Notes: a model not told the origin generated them from the sequence alone. A stretch of DNA of 64,000 nucleotides from an uncultured Spirochaetota bacterium (GCA_963734545.1 CAVTHO010000004.1:1-64000), one strand, 5' to 3'; shown: positions 16,647 to 26,569, counted from the first letter of the stretch. Numbers and translations: made by a program.

Positions 16647-19600
16647 ATGGCGCAAAACCCTGTTGAGCGGAAAGCGGCCGGGCTCCTGAGCAAAGAGGGC
16701 AAGATAACCGCCCTCCTGGTGCTCAAGAACTTCTACGATGAGGATATTTTCACGCTCCTCGTGAAGGAGTTCTACAACTCCGACATCGGGATCAGCGAAG
16801 CAGCCATACGGTCCTCGGGCGCCCTGGGAAACGAAGTCGCGATCCCCCACCTGTACCAGATCGTCGAGCGAGGCAAGAAGTCACAGCGCATCGCGGCCAT
16901 CCAGTCGCTGACGGCCATTCGGGCGCCTTCGTCGACCGGCATGCTGATCAAGTACTTCAACCACTTCCCCGAGGAGGATGTGCGCGCCGAAATCCTTCGC
17001 GCCATCAATACCATCTCGCCCACCGCTCAGCAGGTGCAGGAGCTCAACAATTCCGTCTACGTGGACCCGAAGCAGAGCGAGGCGGTGAAGTGCATCGCGG
17101 TCGAGGCGCTCGTCGAAGCGGAGAGGTACCCCTTCCTGAAGGAGACCCTCCCCCGCGCCGCCCCGGCGGTACAGCAGGCGGCGTTCGCAAAGATGCTGCA
17201 GACGGGCAGCCAGGTGGTCCTCGATTTCAGCTCGGAGGCCCTTGATCCCGCCGCAATGGGCTCCTACCTCTGCCTGTACACGCTGAAGGCGAGGAATCCC
17301 CAGGCCAACTACGTCCTGGAGGAGCTGCAGAAGGGGAACCGCCAGACCATTCTCTCCTTCCTCCATTCCTTGTCCGAATTCCAGGGCCGGCTGCGCTTTC
17401 CCCCACGGGTATTTCGGCTGCTCCTGATCACCCCGTACGTCGACGTGGAGACCGAAGCCGCGATCGGTGACTTTCTCAAGAAGATCGTCGTGGAGGTGAA
17501 AGGTGCGATTCCCCACCTGGTGAGCGAGTTCTCTGTCATCACCTCCGCGCACCTGGATACCGTCTTCGCCAAGATCCGCAAGAACTACATCTCGCTGCAG
17601 GGCATCCAGAAAAAAGAGGACCTTCTTGCCACCGTGCTCGCCACGCTTCTGGAAAAGTACGCCACTCCTTCGGTTCTCGCGGACGTCCAGGCTTTCTTCA
17701 AGGAGGACGGATACACGGGCAGGACCCCGCCGGTCGCCCAGATGCGCTCCCTGCTCGCCTCGGCGCCGAAAGAAGACCAGAACCGACTGGATGCGTGCAT
17801 TCCCCTGTTCACGCTGAAGGAAAAGAAGGACAAGCAGGCGGTTCTCGCTCTTGTTTCCCGGGTGGACCTCAACCGGCCGTTTTTCCTGCGGAGACTGAAC
17901 CGTCTCATCCGCGTGGCCGGTGCCCTTGAGATCAAGACGACATCGAAGAAGATCCAGGAGATCCTCGACTTTGCGCGCGCCGAGCGCATCCAGTTCCTCG
18001 AAGAAACGAGCATCGTCACGCTGTGCCAGCTGCTCACGCGCTCGATCATCGAGCTGTCACGGGAGTATTTCAAAGAGCCGACGAAGAATCTCCGCTCCCT
18101 GAACGGCTACATCCGCGGCGCCCGATACATCCCGGCGAAGATTCTCATAGCCCCCCTGATCCACATCGCGCAGGTGCCCGCGCTGAACCCGCAATCGCGC
18201 GCGCTGGTGGTGGAAACCCTGGAGAGCATGGATCTCTCGGGGCTGCGGAAGGTACTGCCGCCGCTGCTGAAGGTTCTCGATATGCGGGATGTCGCAGACG
18301 AGCTCAAGCTCCGCATCGGCGACATCCTTGCCAGGAACGGAGACTCTACGGTCGGTCACCAGGCTCTTGATCTGACCGTCCACTCGACCGCGGTCGGCCG
18401 CCGGGTGGCAGTGCGGATGCTCAAATCCCTCGTCGCGCGGGGGGAGGGAGCAGCGGCGGAAAACGTCACCAACCGACTGTACCTGCTGCTGGAAGACGCG
18501 GACAGGACCGTGAAAGTCGAGGCCCTCATCGCGCTGCTCTCCATGGCGGATGACTATGCGGCCCAGATCGTGGGAGACTATATCAAGGATGGCGATGCAG
18601 AGATGATCGCCGATATCCTGCGCGGCACGACGAAGCCGCTTTCTCGAGAAACATTCTCCCTCCTTCTGGACATGATCCACCTGGACAGCCTGCCGGTACA
18701 GGAAGCCCTTCGGGCTCTCCTGCCCGATCTGAGCCAGGGCAGCTACGCGGAAGAGCTGCGCCAGGGACTTCTCGCCGTCTTGAGCGGGGTACCCCGGGAA
18801 ACGACGGCCCCAGAGCCTGCTGTCGCGCCGGCGACCCAGGCGGTACCCGAGACTGAAAGCATCCTGGGCCAGGGGAAGCTGGAATTCAAGTTCAAGCGTG
18901 AGAACACCCAGGTCCTGACCGTTTTCTTCATCGATATCTACGGATCGACCGAAATCTCTTCGAAGGTGGACGCATCGTCCTATCTCAAGCTGATCAAGGC
19001 CTTCGAGGACATCGTGACTTCGACAATCGCTGCCAACCGGGGCACCATCGTGAAGAAGATGGGGGACGGGATACTGGCGCACTTCAAGCTTGCCTTGAAC
19101 GCCACTGTTGCGGCGCTCACGGTGCAGCAGAAGATACGCGAGTACAGCGCTATGCGGCTGGAACAGGAGAAGTTCCAGGCGCGCGTGGGGCTGAACACCG
19201 GCCCGGTGATCAAGAAGGACAAGGACATCTTCGGGGAGACGGTGAATGTTGCCGCGCGCATGCAGAGCGCCGCGACCCCGGGGGACGTGATGCTGACGGA
19301 GGCGACATTCAAGGAAATCCGCGACTACGTCCGGTGCACGCAGCTCGGGAGGATCGAGGCAAAGGGAATCAAGGACGGTGTTGTCGCGTACAAGCCCGAA
19401 GAGATCATCGTGGACATCGAAAAGATCATGCACACGAGCACCGGGGACGCCGCGGAGAAAGGCGCTCTCCGGGATGCGTCACTGGAGAAGCTCAAGGAAT
19501 CGATGTTCGTGCCCAACTTCCAGCTGCCGACTGACAAAGGCGGCTCAAGCGAGATGCCGGCCCTGTTGAAGGGCATATTCTCGGAGATCTCCCGGGCGGT

Positions 19601-19688
19601 CGAGGACATCGCCGACGACTACCATGACGAATACGTCTTCAAGAAGTACCTCCAGGAGAAGTGGAACAGGCTCATGGAGAGCCTGTAG
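16647..19688 (+). CDS. HEAT-repeat protein with C-terminal class III adenylate/guanylate cyclase domain
   Basis: Intact 1013-aa ORF; HEAT-like repeats; FFIDIYGST, KKMGDG, DIFGETVNVAARMQ cyclase motifs. Confidence 0.85.
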   Translation: MAQNPVERKAAGLLSKEGKITALLVLKNFYDEDIFTLLVKEFYNSDIGISEAAIRSSGALGNEVAIPHLYQIVERGKKSQRIAAIQSLTAIRAPSSTGMLIKYFNHFPEEDVRAEILRAINTISPTAQQVQELNNSVYVDPKQSEAVKCIAVEALVEAERYPFLKETLPRAAPAVQQAAFAKMLQTGSQVVLDFSSEALDPAAMGSYLCLYTLKARNPQANYVLEELQKGNRQTILSFLHSLSEFQGRLRFPPRVFRLLLITPYVDVETEAAIGDFLKKIVVEVKGAIPHLVSEFSVITSAHLDTVFAKIRKNYISLQGIQKKEDLLATVLATLLEKYATPSVLADVQAFFKEDGYTGRTPPVAQMRSLLASAPKEDQNRLDACIPLFTLKEKKDKQAVLALVSRVDLNRPFFLRRLNRLIRVAGALEIKTTSKKIQEILDFARAERIQFLEETSIVTLCQLLTRSIIELSREYFKEPTKNLRSLNGYIRGARYIPAKILIAPLIHIAQVPALNPQSRALVVETLESMDLSGLRKVLPPLLKVLDMRDVADELKLRIGDILARNGDSTVGHQALDLTVHSTAVGRRVAVRMLKSLVARGEGAAAENVTNRLYLLLEDADRTVKVEALIALLSMADDYAAQIVGDYIKDGDAEMIADILRGTTKPLSRETFSLLLDMIHLDSLPVQEALRALLPDLSQGSYAEELRQGLLAVLSGVPRETTAPEPAVAPATQAVPETESILGQGKLEFKFKRENTQVLTVFFIDIYGSTEISSKVDASSYLKLIKAFEDIVTSTIAANRGTIVKKMGDGILAHFKLALNATVAALTVQQKIREYSAMRLEQEKFQARVGLNTGPVIKKDKDIFGETVNVAARMQSAATPGDVMLTEATFKEIRDYVRCTQLGRIEAKGIKDGVVAYKPEEIIVDIEKIMHTSTGDAAEKGALRDASLEKLKESMFVPNFQLPTDKGGSSEMPALLKGIFSEISRAVEDIADDYHDEYVFKKYLQEKWNRLMESL

Positions 19689-19768
19689 CGGCGCCTCCGA
19701 CGCACCCCTGTACTGGTCCGCTACGGGCGGACGAAGTCCGCTCCAGGCGGCCAGAGCGGTACTCCGCA

Positions 19769-19842
19769 CTCGCTCGCCCTCGGCATCCATGGCCTACGGG
19801 CTCGCTTCCGGCCATCCATGGCCTCGCTCGCCCTCGGCATCC
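19769..19842. repeat. REP-like intergenic repeat cluster (copy A)
   Basis: CTCGCTCGCCCTCGGCATCC x2 (19769, 19823) around near-palindromic GGCCATCCATGGCC. Confidence 0.65.
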
Positions 19843-19856
19843 GTGCCTATGCCCAT

Positions 19857-19885
19857 TTGACCTTTTAGCCGCGGAATGCTATAGT
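19857..19885 (+). promoter_or_regulatory. sigma70 promoter of the infC operon
   Basis: TTGACC-N17-TATAGT with extended TG. Confidence 0.65.
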
Positions 19886-19919
19886 GCGCGAAATCCCCTT
19901 TAAGCGGGAAGGAGGTATA

Positions 19920-20450
19920 TTGGCCGAGAAGGATCTCAGAATCAATGAGGGCATTCGGGTCCGCGAGGTGCGGTTGATCGACGCGGACGGGAATCAGAAG
20001 GGAATCGTGCCTACCTTCGAAGCGCTGCAGATGGCCCGGGAAGTGGGAGTCGACCTTGTCGAGATCGCTCCGCAGGCCCAGCCGCCGGTGTGCAAGATCC
20101 TCGACTACGGGAAATACAAGTTCGAGCTCGAGAAGAAGACCCGCGAGGCGAGGAAGCACCAGAAGCAGATCCGAATCAAAGAGATTCGGATGCAGCCGAA
20201 GATCGACGGACACGATCTCGATTTCAAAACCCGGCATGTCCGGGAGTTTCTCGACGAGGGCAACAAGGTCAAGGTCACGGTCCGTTTCCGCGGCCGCGAG
20301 CTGGCGCACACGGAGCTCGGCAAGGACGTCCTCGACAAGATCCTCGAGATGCTCGGCGACTCTTTCGTTGTGGAAAAGCCCGCCCAGATGGAAGGGCGGA
20401 CGATGTCGATACTGCTGAACCCAAAAGGAAGCAAGGCCAAGAAAGGATAG
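19920..20450 (+). CDS. infC: translation initiation factor IF-3 (non-ATG start)
   Basis: [37 protein letters not shown]; RBS AAGGAGGT before ATA TTG. Confidence 0.97.
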   Translation: MAEKDLRINEGIRVREVRLIDADGNQKGIVPTFEALQMAREVGVDLVEIAPQAQPPVCKILDYGKYKFELEKKTREARKHQKQIRIKEIRMQPKIDGHDLDFKTRHVREFLDEGNKVKVTVRFRGRELAHTELGKDVLDKILEMLGDSFVVEKPAQMEGRTMSILLNPKGSKAKKG

Positions 20451-20453
20451 ACG

Positions 20454-20660
20454 ATGCCGAAGATGAAGACCAAAAAGGCCGCGGCCAAGCGGTACCACGT
20501 CACCGGGACGGGCAAGATCCGCTATAAGAAGCAGGGGCTGCGCCATATACTCACCAAGAAGAACGCGAAGAGGAAGAGGCGGCTTCGCCTCCCCGCCATC
20601 CTCAGCTCCGTGGAGGAGAAGAGGGTGAAACAACTCATGCCGTACGCGGGCAAATACTAG
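20454..20660 (+). CDS. rpmI: 50S ribosomal protein L35
   Basis: [21 protein letters not shown]. Confidence 0.97.
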   Translation: MPKMKTKKAAAKRYHVTGTGKIRYKKQGLRHILTKKNAKRKRRLRLPAILSSVEEKRVKQLMPYAGKY

Positions 20661-20691
20661 GCGCGGGAAAGCGAAAAGGAGATTCTGATCC

Positions 20692-21145
20692 ATGCCGAGG
20701 TCTAAAAACGGGACGCGGAGGCGCGATCGCCGACACAAGATAATGAAGCTCGCCAAGGGGTACTGGGGCGGGAGAAGCAGGCTGTTCAAGACCGCCAAGG
20801 AAGCGGTCATGAAGGCCCTCGCCTCCAATTACCGCGACAGGCGGCGCCGGAAGGGCGAGTTCCGCAGACTGTGGATTACCCGCATTTCGGCGGCCGTCCG
20901 GCCCGGAGGGCATCACGTACTCCCAGTTCATTCACGGGCTGATGCTCGCCGACGTGCACCTCAACCGAAAGGCCCTCTCGAACATGGCCATCGAGGACCC
21001 CACGGCTTTCAAGGCCGTTGTGGCGCGGGCAAAGGAAGCACTGTCCGCCGGCGCTCAGCCAGCCGCCGCTGCAGTGCCGCCTTCAGCGGCCGCGTCGGCC
21101 CCCAAGAAGCCGCGTGCGAAGGCCGCGAGGACAGCGGCAAAATGA
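20692..21145 (+). CDS. rplT: 50S ribosomal protein L20 (one frameshift) with Ala/Pro/Lys-rich tail
   Basis: [41 protein letters not shown]. Confidence 0.95.
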
Positions 21146-21516
21146 TCACACTCGAGCAGATCAGGTTGCTGGACAGCAAGATCACTCGAGCCATCGAACT
21201 CATCCGGGTCCTCAAAGAAGAAAACGGCACGCTCCGCAAGGGTCTGGAGTCCGCCCAGAAGCGGATGAAAGAGCTGGAAACGCTCGTCGACGGGTTCAAG
21301 ACGGACCAGCGGGAGATCGAGACCGTGATCGTCCGCACCCTGCGCAACCTGGACGACCTGGAAGAAAGCGCCACGGCCGGGAAGAAGAGCGACCGCGCCG
21401 TGGCCAGCCCTTCTGCCGGCGGAGCACCTGCGTCACGGCCTGCCGAGGCGGACCCCGCTCCTCTCTCTTCCGCCCCGGCGGGTCCTCCCACGAAGGAAGA
21501 GCTGGATATCTTCTGA
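21142..21516 (+). CDS. zapB: ZapB-like coiled-coil cell division protein
   Basis: [28 protein letters not shown] coiled coil, directly upstream of zapA. Confidence 0.65.
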   Translation: MITLEQIRLLDSKITRAIELIRVLKEENGTLRKGLESAQKRMKELETLVDGFKTDQREIETVIVRTLRNLDDLEESATAGKKSDRAVASPSAGGAPASRPAEADPAPLSSAPAGPPTKEELDIF

Positions 21517-21528
21517 ACCGACTGGATC

Positions 21529-21855
21529 ATGGAGAAACGTCAGCTCAGAATCGACGTGCTGGGAACCTCCTTCGTCATCCAATCCGATGAAAGCCCCGAA
21601 CATCTCGCGCGGCTTTCGTCATACGTGAAAGCAAAGATAGAGGAAGTCAAGAGCCGATACAGTTTCGCGGATCCCCTCACCGTCTCCCTGCTCGCCGCGC
21701 TCAACATCGCCGACGAGATGTTCAAATCACGAGACGGGAAGGACCCGGCAGGCCCGGCGGAAGAAATCACGAGTGTGGCGGAGCGGCTGATCAGCCGCAT
21801 TGACGATCAGCTGCTCGAACACACCCCTTACGACGAGGACCCCTCCTCCACCTAG
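21529..21855 (+). CDS. zapA: cell division protein ZapA
   Basis: IDVLGTSF..LLAALNIADE. Confidence 0.85.
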   Translation: MEKRQLRIDVLGTSFVIQSDESPEHLARLSSYVKAKIEEVKSRYSFADPLTVSLLAALNIADEMFKSRDGKDPAGPAEEITSVAERLISRIDDQLLEHTPYDEDPSST

Positions 21856-21891
21856 CCTGCGCCTCGCCGTCCCTGCCTACGGCCGGCCTCT

Positions 21892-21934
21892 CGGCCATCC
21901 ATGGCCTCGGCCTGGACTCGTCGCCCTCGGCATC
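21892..21934. repeat. REP-like intergenic repeat (copy B)
   Basis: CGGCCATCCATGGCCTCG (identical to 19809-19826) plus TCGCCCTCGGCATC. Confidence 0.6.
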
Positions 21935-21936
21935 GG

Positions 21937-22962
21937 CTATGGCCCGTAGCGGCATCCTTCCACGCCGACGATCCGGGACGCCACGTGATTGGCGAGCCGG
22001 GCGCTTTGCAGAGGATCGGCGCCGGCGAGACTCGCGAACAGGAAGCCGGCGGCAAAAGCGTCGCCCGCGCCGGTCGTATCCACGACCCGAACAGGCACTC
22101 CGGGCACCGCCTCGCATCTTCCGTTCCACCCGACGAGGCACCCCTTCGCCCCCGCCTTCATCACGACCAGCGGGGCGAGCGCGGAGGCCTCCGACACGCA
22201 GTCCTCATCGCACGACGTCCCGACGAGGATGGCCAGCTCGTCCCTGTTGCCGAACAGGATGTCAACGTTCCCCGGTATCCAGGCGCGGAATCTATCGCCG
22301 AACCGGCGGACAGCGAAGGGATCGGCAAGGTCGAATGCAATGGAAATCCCGCGCCCGCCTTCCCGTGCAAAGGCGGCTGCTTTCTCCGCCGCCCGGCGCT
22401 GGTTGTCCGTGTCCCAGAGGTAGCCCGTGAGATAGAGCATCCGCGACTCGGCGAGCCGCGCCAGGTCGAGATCGGCCGGCTCGAAGTCGCGGCAGGCGCC
22501 CAGGTACGTGTTCATCGTGCGCTCGCCGTCCGGTGTCACGAGGATGACCGAGGTGCCCGTGGGGGTCGCCTTCCTGACGAGGGCGGCGCTGACCCCTTCC
22601 CTTTCCATCCGCGCCGCAAAGTCGTCTCCCGTGGGATCATTCCCGATTGCCCCGTTGAAAACAGGAGGGGCCGAGTCAGGCGCCGCGGCGCCCGGGGCTC
22701 CCAGGACAGATTCGGAGAACGCACGACCCGCGGCCCCGCTGAGCCACGCGATTCCCCGCGTGGTGTTCGCCGCGCTTCCTCCCGGCATGGTATGCGGCGA
22801 GCGGATCTCCTTCAGAAGCGCCGCGATCTCCCCGTACTCCACCAGGTGCATGGTTCCCGGCTGCTTCCCGAAGCGCGATAAGAACTGGTAGTCGACGTGG
22901 GCGATGATATCCATGAGGGGGTTCTCGACACCAAACAGCGAATACACCAGGCTCCTCCTCAC
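21937..22962 (-). CDS. PfkB family adenosine kinase-like protein
   Basis: NPLMDI, GGSAANT, VTPDGERTMNTYLGA, GYLWD, VDTTGAGDAF. Confidence 0.85.
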   Translation of the reverse strand: MRRSLVYSLFGVENPLMDIIAHVDYQFLSRFGKQPGTMHLVEYGEIAALLKEIRSPHTMPGGSAANTTRGIAWLSGAAGRAFSESVLGAPGAAAPDSAPPVFNGAIGNDPTGDDFAARMEREGVSAALVRKATPTGTSVILVTPDGERTMNTYLGACRDFEPADLDLARLAESRMLYLTGYLWDTDNQRRAAEKAAAFAREGGRGISIAFDLADPFAVRRFGDRFRAWIPGNVDILFGNRDELAILVGTSCDEDCVSEASALAPLVVMKAGAKGCLVGWNGRCEAVPGVPVRVVDTTGAGDAFAAGFLFASLAGADPLQSARLANHVASRIVGVEGCRYGP

Positions 22963-22972
22963 CTGCTATGAA

Positions 22973-23001
22973 TTGACACAGGCATTGGCAAGACGTATAG
23001 T
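22973..23001 (+). promoter_or_regulatory. sigma70 promoter of the PilZ gene
   Basis: TTGACA-N17-TATAGT. Confidence 0.7.
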
Positions 23002-23028
23002 CCGTAATACTAAGGAAGCGACACTCCG

Positions 23029-24021
23029 ATGTCCATCGTCACCAGCCAACAGCTTATCCAGTACTACGAGAGATACCGGGCGACTGAAGTCACATTCAAC
23101 AAGCAGGTGATCACGGCCACCGGTCTGATGCCGCGCAATATGTACCTGAGGGTGCTCGATCGTCAATTGCCCTGCACCCTGTTCTCCAGCTCACTGGCAA
23201 GCGCCCGCGTGATCGCCAACGTGAAGGCGAACTTCTTCCTGGACCTGAAACGGCCGAATACCCGGCTCGCCCTGCACTGGTGTTTCAAGCTGGCCGACAA
23301 GGCGGAGCCGATCACATTCTTCGTGCCGTGCCGCGCCACGGGGTTCACCCACTTCAATGTGCAGAAGCCGGGCGTGCAGATGCTCACCGTCGAGTACACC
23401 CAGAAACCGCCCAATGATCTGATCGGGATCCTCGGCGGCCTTCTGGAGGCGAACTGGAACTCCCAGCAGCGAAAGGAGGAGAGGATTGCCATCACTCCCG
23501 AAAACATTAAAAAGCTCGGCATGGAGTCCCGAGACGCCGTCCTGTTCATCGGCGAAAGCCAGCGTCCCTGCATCCTCAGGGACCTGTCCTTCATAGGGGC
23601 GGAGGTGCTGACGTCCCGGCTGACCGAATCTGATGCGGGCAGACCGATAAGCCTCAGGATCGCCAAGGGCGAGCAGGCGGCGGACATGACACTGCAGGGA
23701 ACCATAACCCGCGTGGAGGAAGTGGGGGGAAGGAAAGACATCAAGGCGGTGGCAATCGAGTATGCTTCTGATACGCCGATCAGCTACAAGCTCCTGATAA
23801 ACTCGTTCATCACCTCCGCGCGCAAGGCGCCCCGGGAGGGGGAGCAAGGGCAAGTGCCGGGGCCCGTGCCGGGTCGGCCCGACGAATCGAAACCGGAAGA
23901 TTCGGCTCCCCCTCCGGACAGCCAGCCGACGGACGTTCGGCCGATAGAGCCGTTCCTGCCCAGCCCCCCCCATCCGCGACGCGGGCCCGACACGGAAGGG
24001 GAATCCTCCCCGAATGGATAG
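23029..24021 (+). CDS. PilZ-domain c-di-GMP receptor, PlzA-like
   Basis: RKEER (RxxxR) and DLSFIG (DxSxxG); spirochaete-type N-terminal domain; Pro-rich tail. Confidence 0.75.
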   Translation: MSIVTSQQLIQYYERYRATEVTFNKQVITATGLMPRNMYLRVLDRQLPCTLFSSSLASARVIANVKANFFLDLKRPNTRLALHWCFKLADKAEPITFFVPCRATGFTHFNVQKPGVQMLTVEYTQKPPNDLIGILGGLLEANWNSQQRKEERIAITPENIKKLGMESRDAVLFIGESQRPCILRDLSFIGAEVLTSRLTESDAGRPISLRIAKGEQAADMTLQGTITRVEEVGGRKDIKAVAIEYASDTPISYKLLINSFITSARKAPREGEQGQVPGPVPGRPDESKPEDSAPPPDSQPTDVRPIEPFLPSPPHPRRGPDTEGESSPNG

Positions 24022-25126
24022 CGCGGCCAGGCTGGCGAACGTCGGCTATGTCTCGATCGCCCAGACTACCCAGCGACAAATCGGGGATTTCATCCTCGAT
24101 CCCAAGATTCTCCTCCCCGTGGAGCTGCCCGCCGGGCAGGCGACCATTAAAGCCGGCGAGCTGAGCTGGGAGGCCATTGTCGCGGGCACACTCAAGGTGC
24201 TGGCATGGGACTCGACGAACGCATACGCGGACTACTACAGGCGGTTCGTGCTCGCCGTGAAGCCGGACATCAAGGATGAGTTCACGCATATCGGAATCCT
24301 GAAGGCACGCAACGGCGAATCGGAGGTCGCCATAGAGATATTCCGGGCCCTGGAGGGCCTGTTCCCCGACGATGCAGTCACCCACATGAACCTGGCATTG
24401 GCCTACGAGGAGCGCGCGCGGCAGCTGGAAAAACTGGAAGAAGAAGGGAAGGCGGACGAGTATGTAGGGCTGGCGTTCGAGGCCTACAAGGCAGCCCTCG
24501 CCGCCGACCCGACGCTGCCGGCCATTCATTACAACGTGGCCTACTTCTACCTTCACCAGCGCTCATTCGAAAAAGCACGTGAACACCTCGAGGTGTTCAC
24601 GAAGACCGGAACGGACTCAACCCGTGTCACGGAGGCGCGCCGGCTGATCCGGGAGATAGACGAACAGGGACTCATGGATGGGCTCTTCCAGAAGGCATTC
24701 GACAGCATCCGCCTGGGCAAGGAAGCGGAAGGAATCGTCCACATCGAGAAGTTTCTTTCCTCCCGGCCCGCCGTGCCCAATGCCTGGTTTCTGCTCGGGT
24801 GGGCATATCGAAGGCTCGCGCGGTACGCGGAAGGCAAGGATGCCTTCCTGAAGGCTGTTTCCCTGGGCGCGCCGCACGCCGACCTGTTGAACGAGCTGGC
24901 GATCTGCCTCATGGAGCTCGGGGAGCTCGCGGAAAGCGGAAAAAGGCTGCGGGAGGCGCTGGCCCTCGAGCCTGAAAATACCAAGGTGATTTCCAACCTG
25001 GGGATCGTTGCCCTCAAGTCCGGGAGGCGGGAAGAGGCGCTCGGGTTCTTCCGCACGGTGCTCGAGATCGAACCCCAGGACCGCATTGCCGCCCGCTACA
25101 TAGAAAATCTTTCAAAAGAATCCTGA
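24014..25126 (+). CDS. TPR-repeat protein
   Basis: Several TPRs (AWFLLGWAYRRL, LLNELAICL, ISNLGIVAL). Confidence 0.8.
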   Translation: MDSAARLANVGYVSIAQTTQRQIGDFILDPKILLPVELPAGQATIKAGELSWEAIVAGTLKVLAWDSTNAYADYYRRFVLAVKPDIKDEFTHIGILKARNGESEVAIEIFRALEGLFPDDAVTHMNLALAYEERARQLEKLEEEGKADEYVGLAFEAYKAALAADPTLPAIHYNVAYFYLHQRSFEKAREHLEVFTKTGTDSTRVTEARRLIREIDEQGLMDGLFQKAFDSIRLGKEAEGIVHIEKFLSSRPAVPNAWFLLGWAYRRLARYAEGKDAFLKAVSLGAPHADLLNELAICLMELGELAESGKRLREALALEPENTKVISNLGIVALKSGRREEALGFFRTVLEIEPQDRIAARYIENLSKES

Positions 25127-25135
25127 AAAAAAGCC

Positions 25136-25163
25136 TAATCCTTAAACTTCCATATGTCGAAAA
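25136..25163 (+). promoter_or_regulatory. putative sigma28 (FliA) promoter of flaB
   Basis: TAAT-N16-GTCGAAAA, resembling the TAAA-N15/16-GCCGATAA consensus. Confidence 0.4.
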
Positions 25164-25351
25164 AAGGACTGAGGGTAACTCCGGTCAAGGCCCGGGGCTC
25201 ATCCCCTTTCTCCGCTACTCTGTGTATCGGCGTGCCTGGAAGGCCGGTCAAGGGAAATCGGCGAAAGGAAAGAGCAGAGGGGGAGACCGGAAGCCCCATG
25301 AACCGTGCCGGTGGCACGGGTACGCCGTGGCGTGCCACGGAAGTCCCACGT

Positions 25352-25423
25352 CGCGCAGGAGGCGCGGCCATACACACACGCCCCGGGCATGGATGCCCGA
25401 GGCCAATCTTCAGGGAGGAAGGT
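25352..25423 (+). promoter_or_regulatory. CsrA-binding GGA hairpins in the first flaB leader
   Basis: CGCGC-AGGAG-GCGCG, CGGGC-ATGGAT-GCCCG, then RBS AGGGAGGA. Confidence 0.65.
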
Positions 25424-26284
25424 ATGATCATCAATCACAACATGAGCGCGATTTTCGCGGATCGGCAGCTCAAGCTGAACGACCTGCTCCTGAGCAAGAG
25501 CATGGAGAAGCTCTCCTCGGGAAGCAGGATCACCCGCGCCGGTGACGACGCCTCGGGTCTCGCCGTGTCGGAAAAGATGCGCTCCCAGATCCGCGGTCTC
25601 CGCCAGGCCAGCTCCAACGCCGCAAACGGCATCTCTTTCATCCAGACCACCGAGGGTTACCTCCAGGAGAGCCAGGACATCATCCAGAGGCTGCGCGAGC
25701 TCTCCGTGCAGGCGGCCAACGGCATCTACACCGACGAGGACAGGATGCAGATCCAGGTCGAGGTTTCCGCCCTGGTCAACGAGGTGGACCGCATCGCCTC
25801 TCACGCGCAGTTCAACGGCATGAACATGCTCACGGGACGCTTTGCGCGCCTCGAGGGGGCGAACGTGATCACCGCCTCCATGTGGCTGCAGATCGGGGCC
25901 AACATGGACCAGCGCACGCGCGTGTTCATCGGCACCATGACCGCGGGGGCCCTGAAGATGAGGAACATCGGCACCCGGGAGATCATCTCCCTGTCCACCC
26001 CGGACGGGGCCAACCGCTCGATCGGCACCCTGGATTCGGCGCTGAAGGTGATCAACAAGCAGCGGGCGGACCTGGGGGCGTACCAGAACAGGCTGGAGTA
26101 CGCGGTGAGGGGCCTGGACGTGGGGGCGGAGAACCTGCAGGCGGCGGAGTCCCGCATCCGCGACGCGGACATGGCCACCGAGATGGTGGAGTACACCAAG
26201 AACGCCATCCTGACCCAGGCGGCCACGGCAATGCTCGCCCAGGCGAATACCAAGCCGAGAACGGTCTTGCAGCTGCTCCAGTAG
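25424..26284 (+). CDS. flaB: flagellar filament core protein FlaB
   Basis: [44 protein letters not shown]; 286 aa. Confidence 0.97.
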   Translation: MIINHNMSAIFADRQLKLNDLLLSKSMEKLSSGSRITRAGDDASGLAVSEKMRSQIRGLRQASSNAANGISFIQTTEGYLQESQDIIQRLRELSVQAANGIYTDEDRMQIQVEVSALVNEVDRIASHAQFNGMNMLTGRFARLEGANVITASMWLQIGANMDQRTRVFIGTMTAGALKMRNIGTREIISLSTPDGANRSIGTLDSALKVINKQRADLGAYQNRLEYAVRGLDVGAENLQAAESRIRDADMATEMVEYTKNAILTQAATAMLAQANTKPRTVLQLLQ

Positions 26285-26569
26285 GGGAGTACATTGTAGG
26301 GTAGCGTCACGCAGCCGCGCGGATTGGCGCGCGCCGTGGCAGGGGAACTTCACGCTGCGCGGGACGGACCGCAGTCCAGGTGAAAGTTTTCCGTTCTGGT
26401 CTTTGAAAAAGAACCCTCCTGACGTGTGTTGGGAAAAAGGAAGTCATGCCCCAGGCGCCGCCGCCACCTCGCGGCGGCAGGGGCTGATTTCCTTGTTGAT
26501 CGGGGAAACGGGGAACGGTGGGAAGGCAGGCGCGAGATCCTTCCCGTGAACAATCCCGACAGCACACGG

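Noticed and set aside
16647-19688. Cyclase as a Pycsar-type anti-phage system
   Set aside because: No adjacent cNMP-binding effector, housekeeping context, and purine-type specificity residues
20692-21516. Apparent 274-aa L20-ZapB fusion
   Set aside because: The L20 C-terminus is in another frame (20942-21145) and ZapB has its own ATG at 21142; a frameshift artefact
21856-21936. 6S RNA expected downstream of zapA
   Set aside because: Only 80 bp before the convergent gene, occupied by the REP-like element; too short
25164-25350. c-di-GMP riboswitch in the flaB leader
   Set aside because: I could not find the GEMM-I core (GGCAAAC..GAAA..GCAAAGC); kept only as an unknown structured leader
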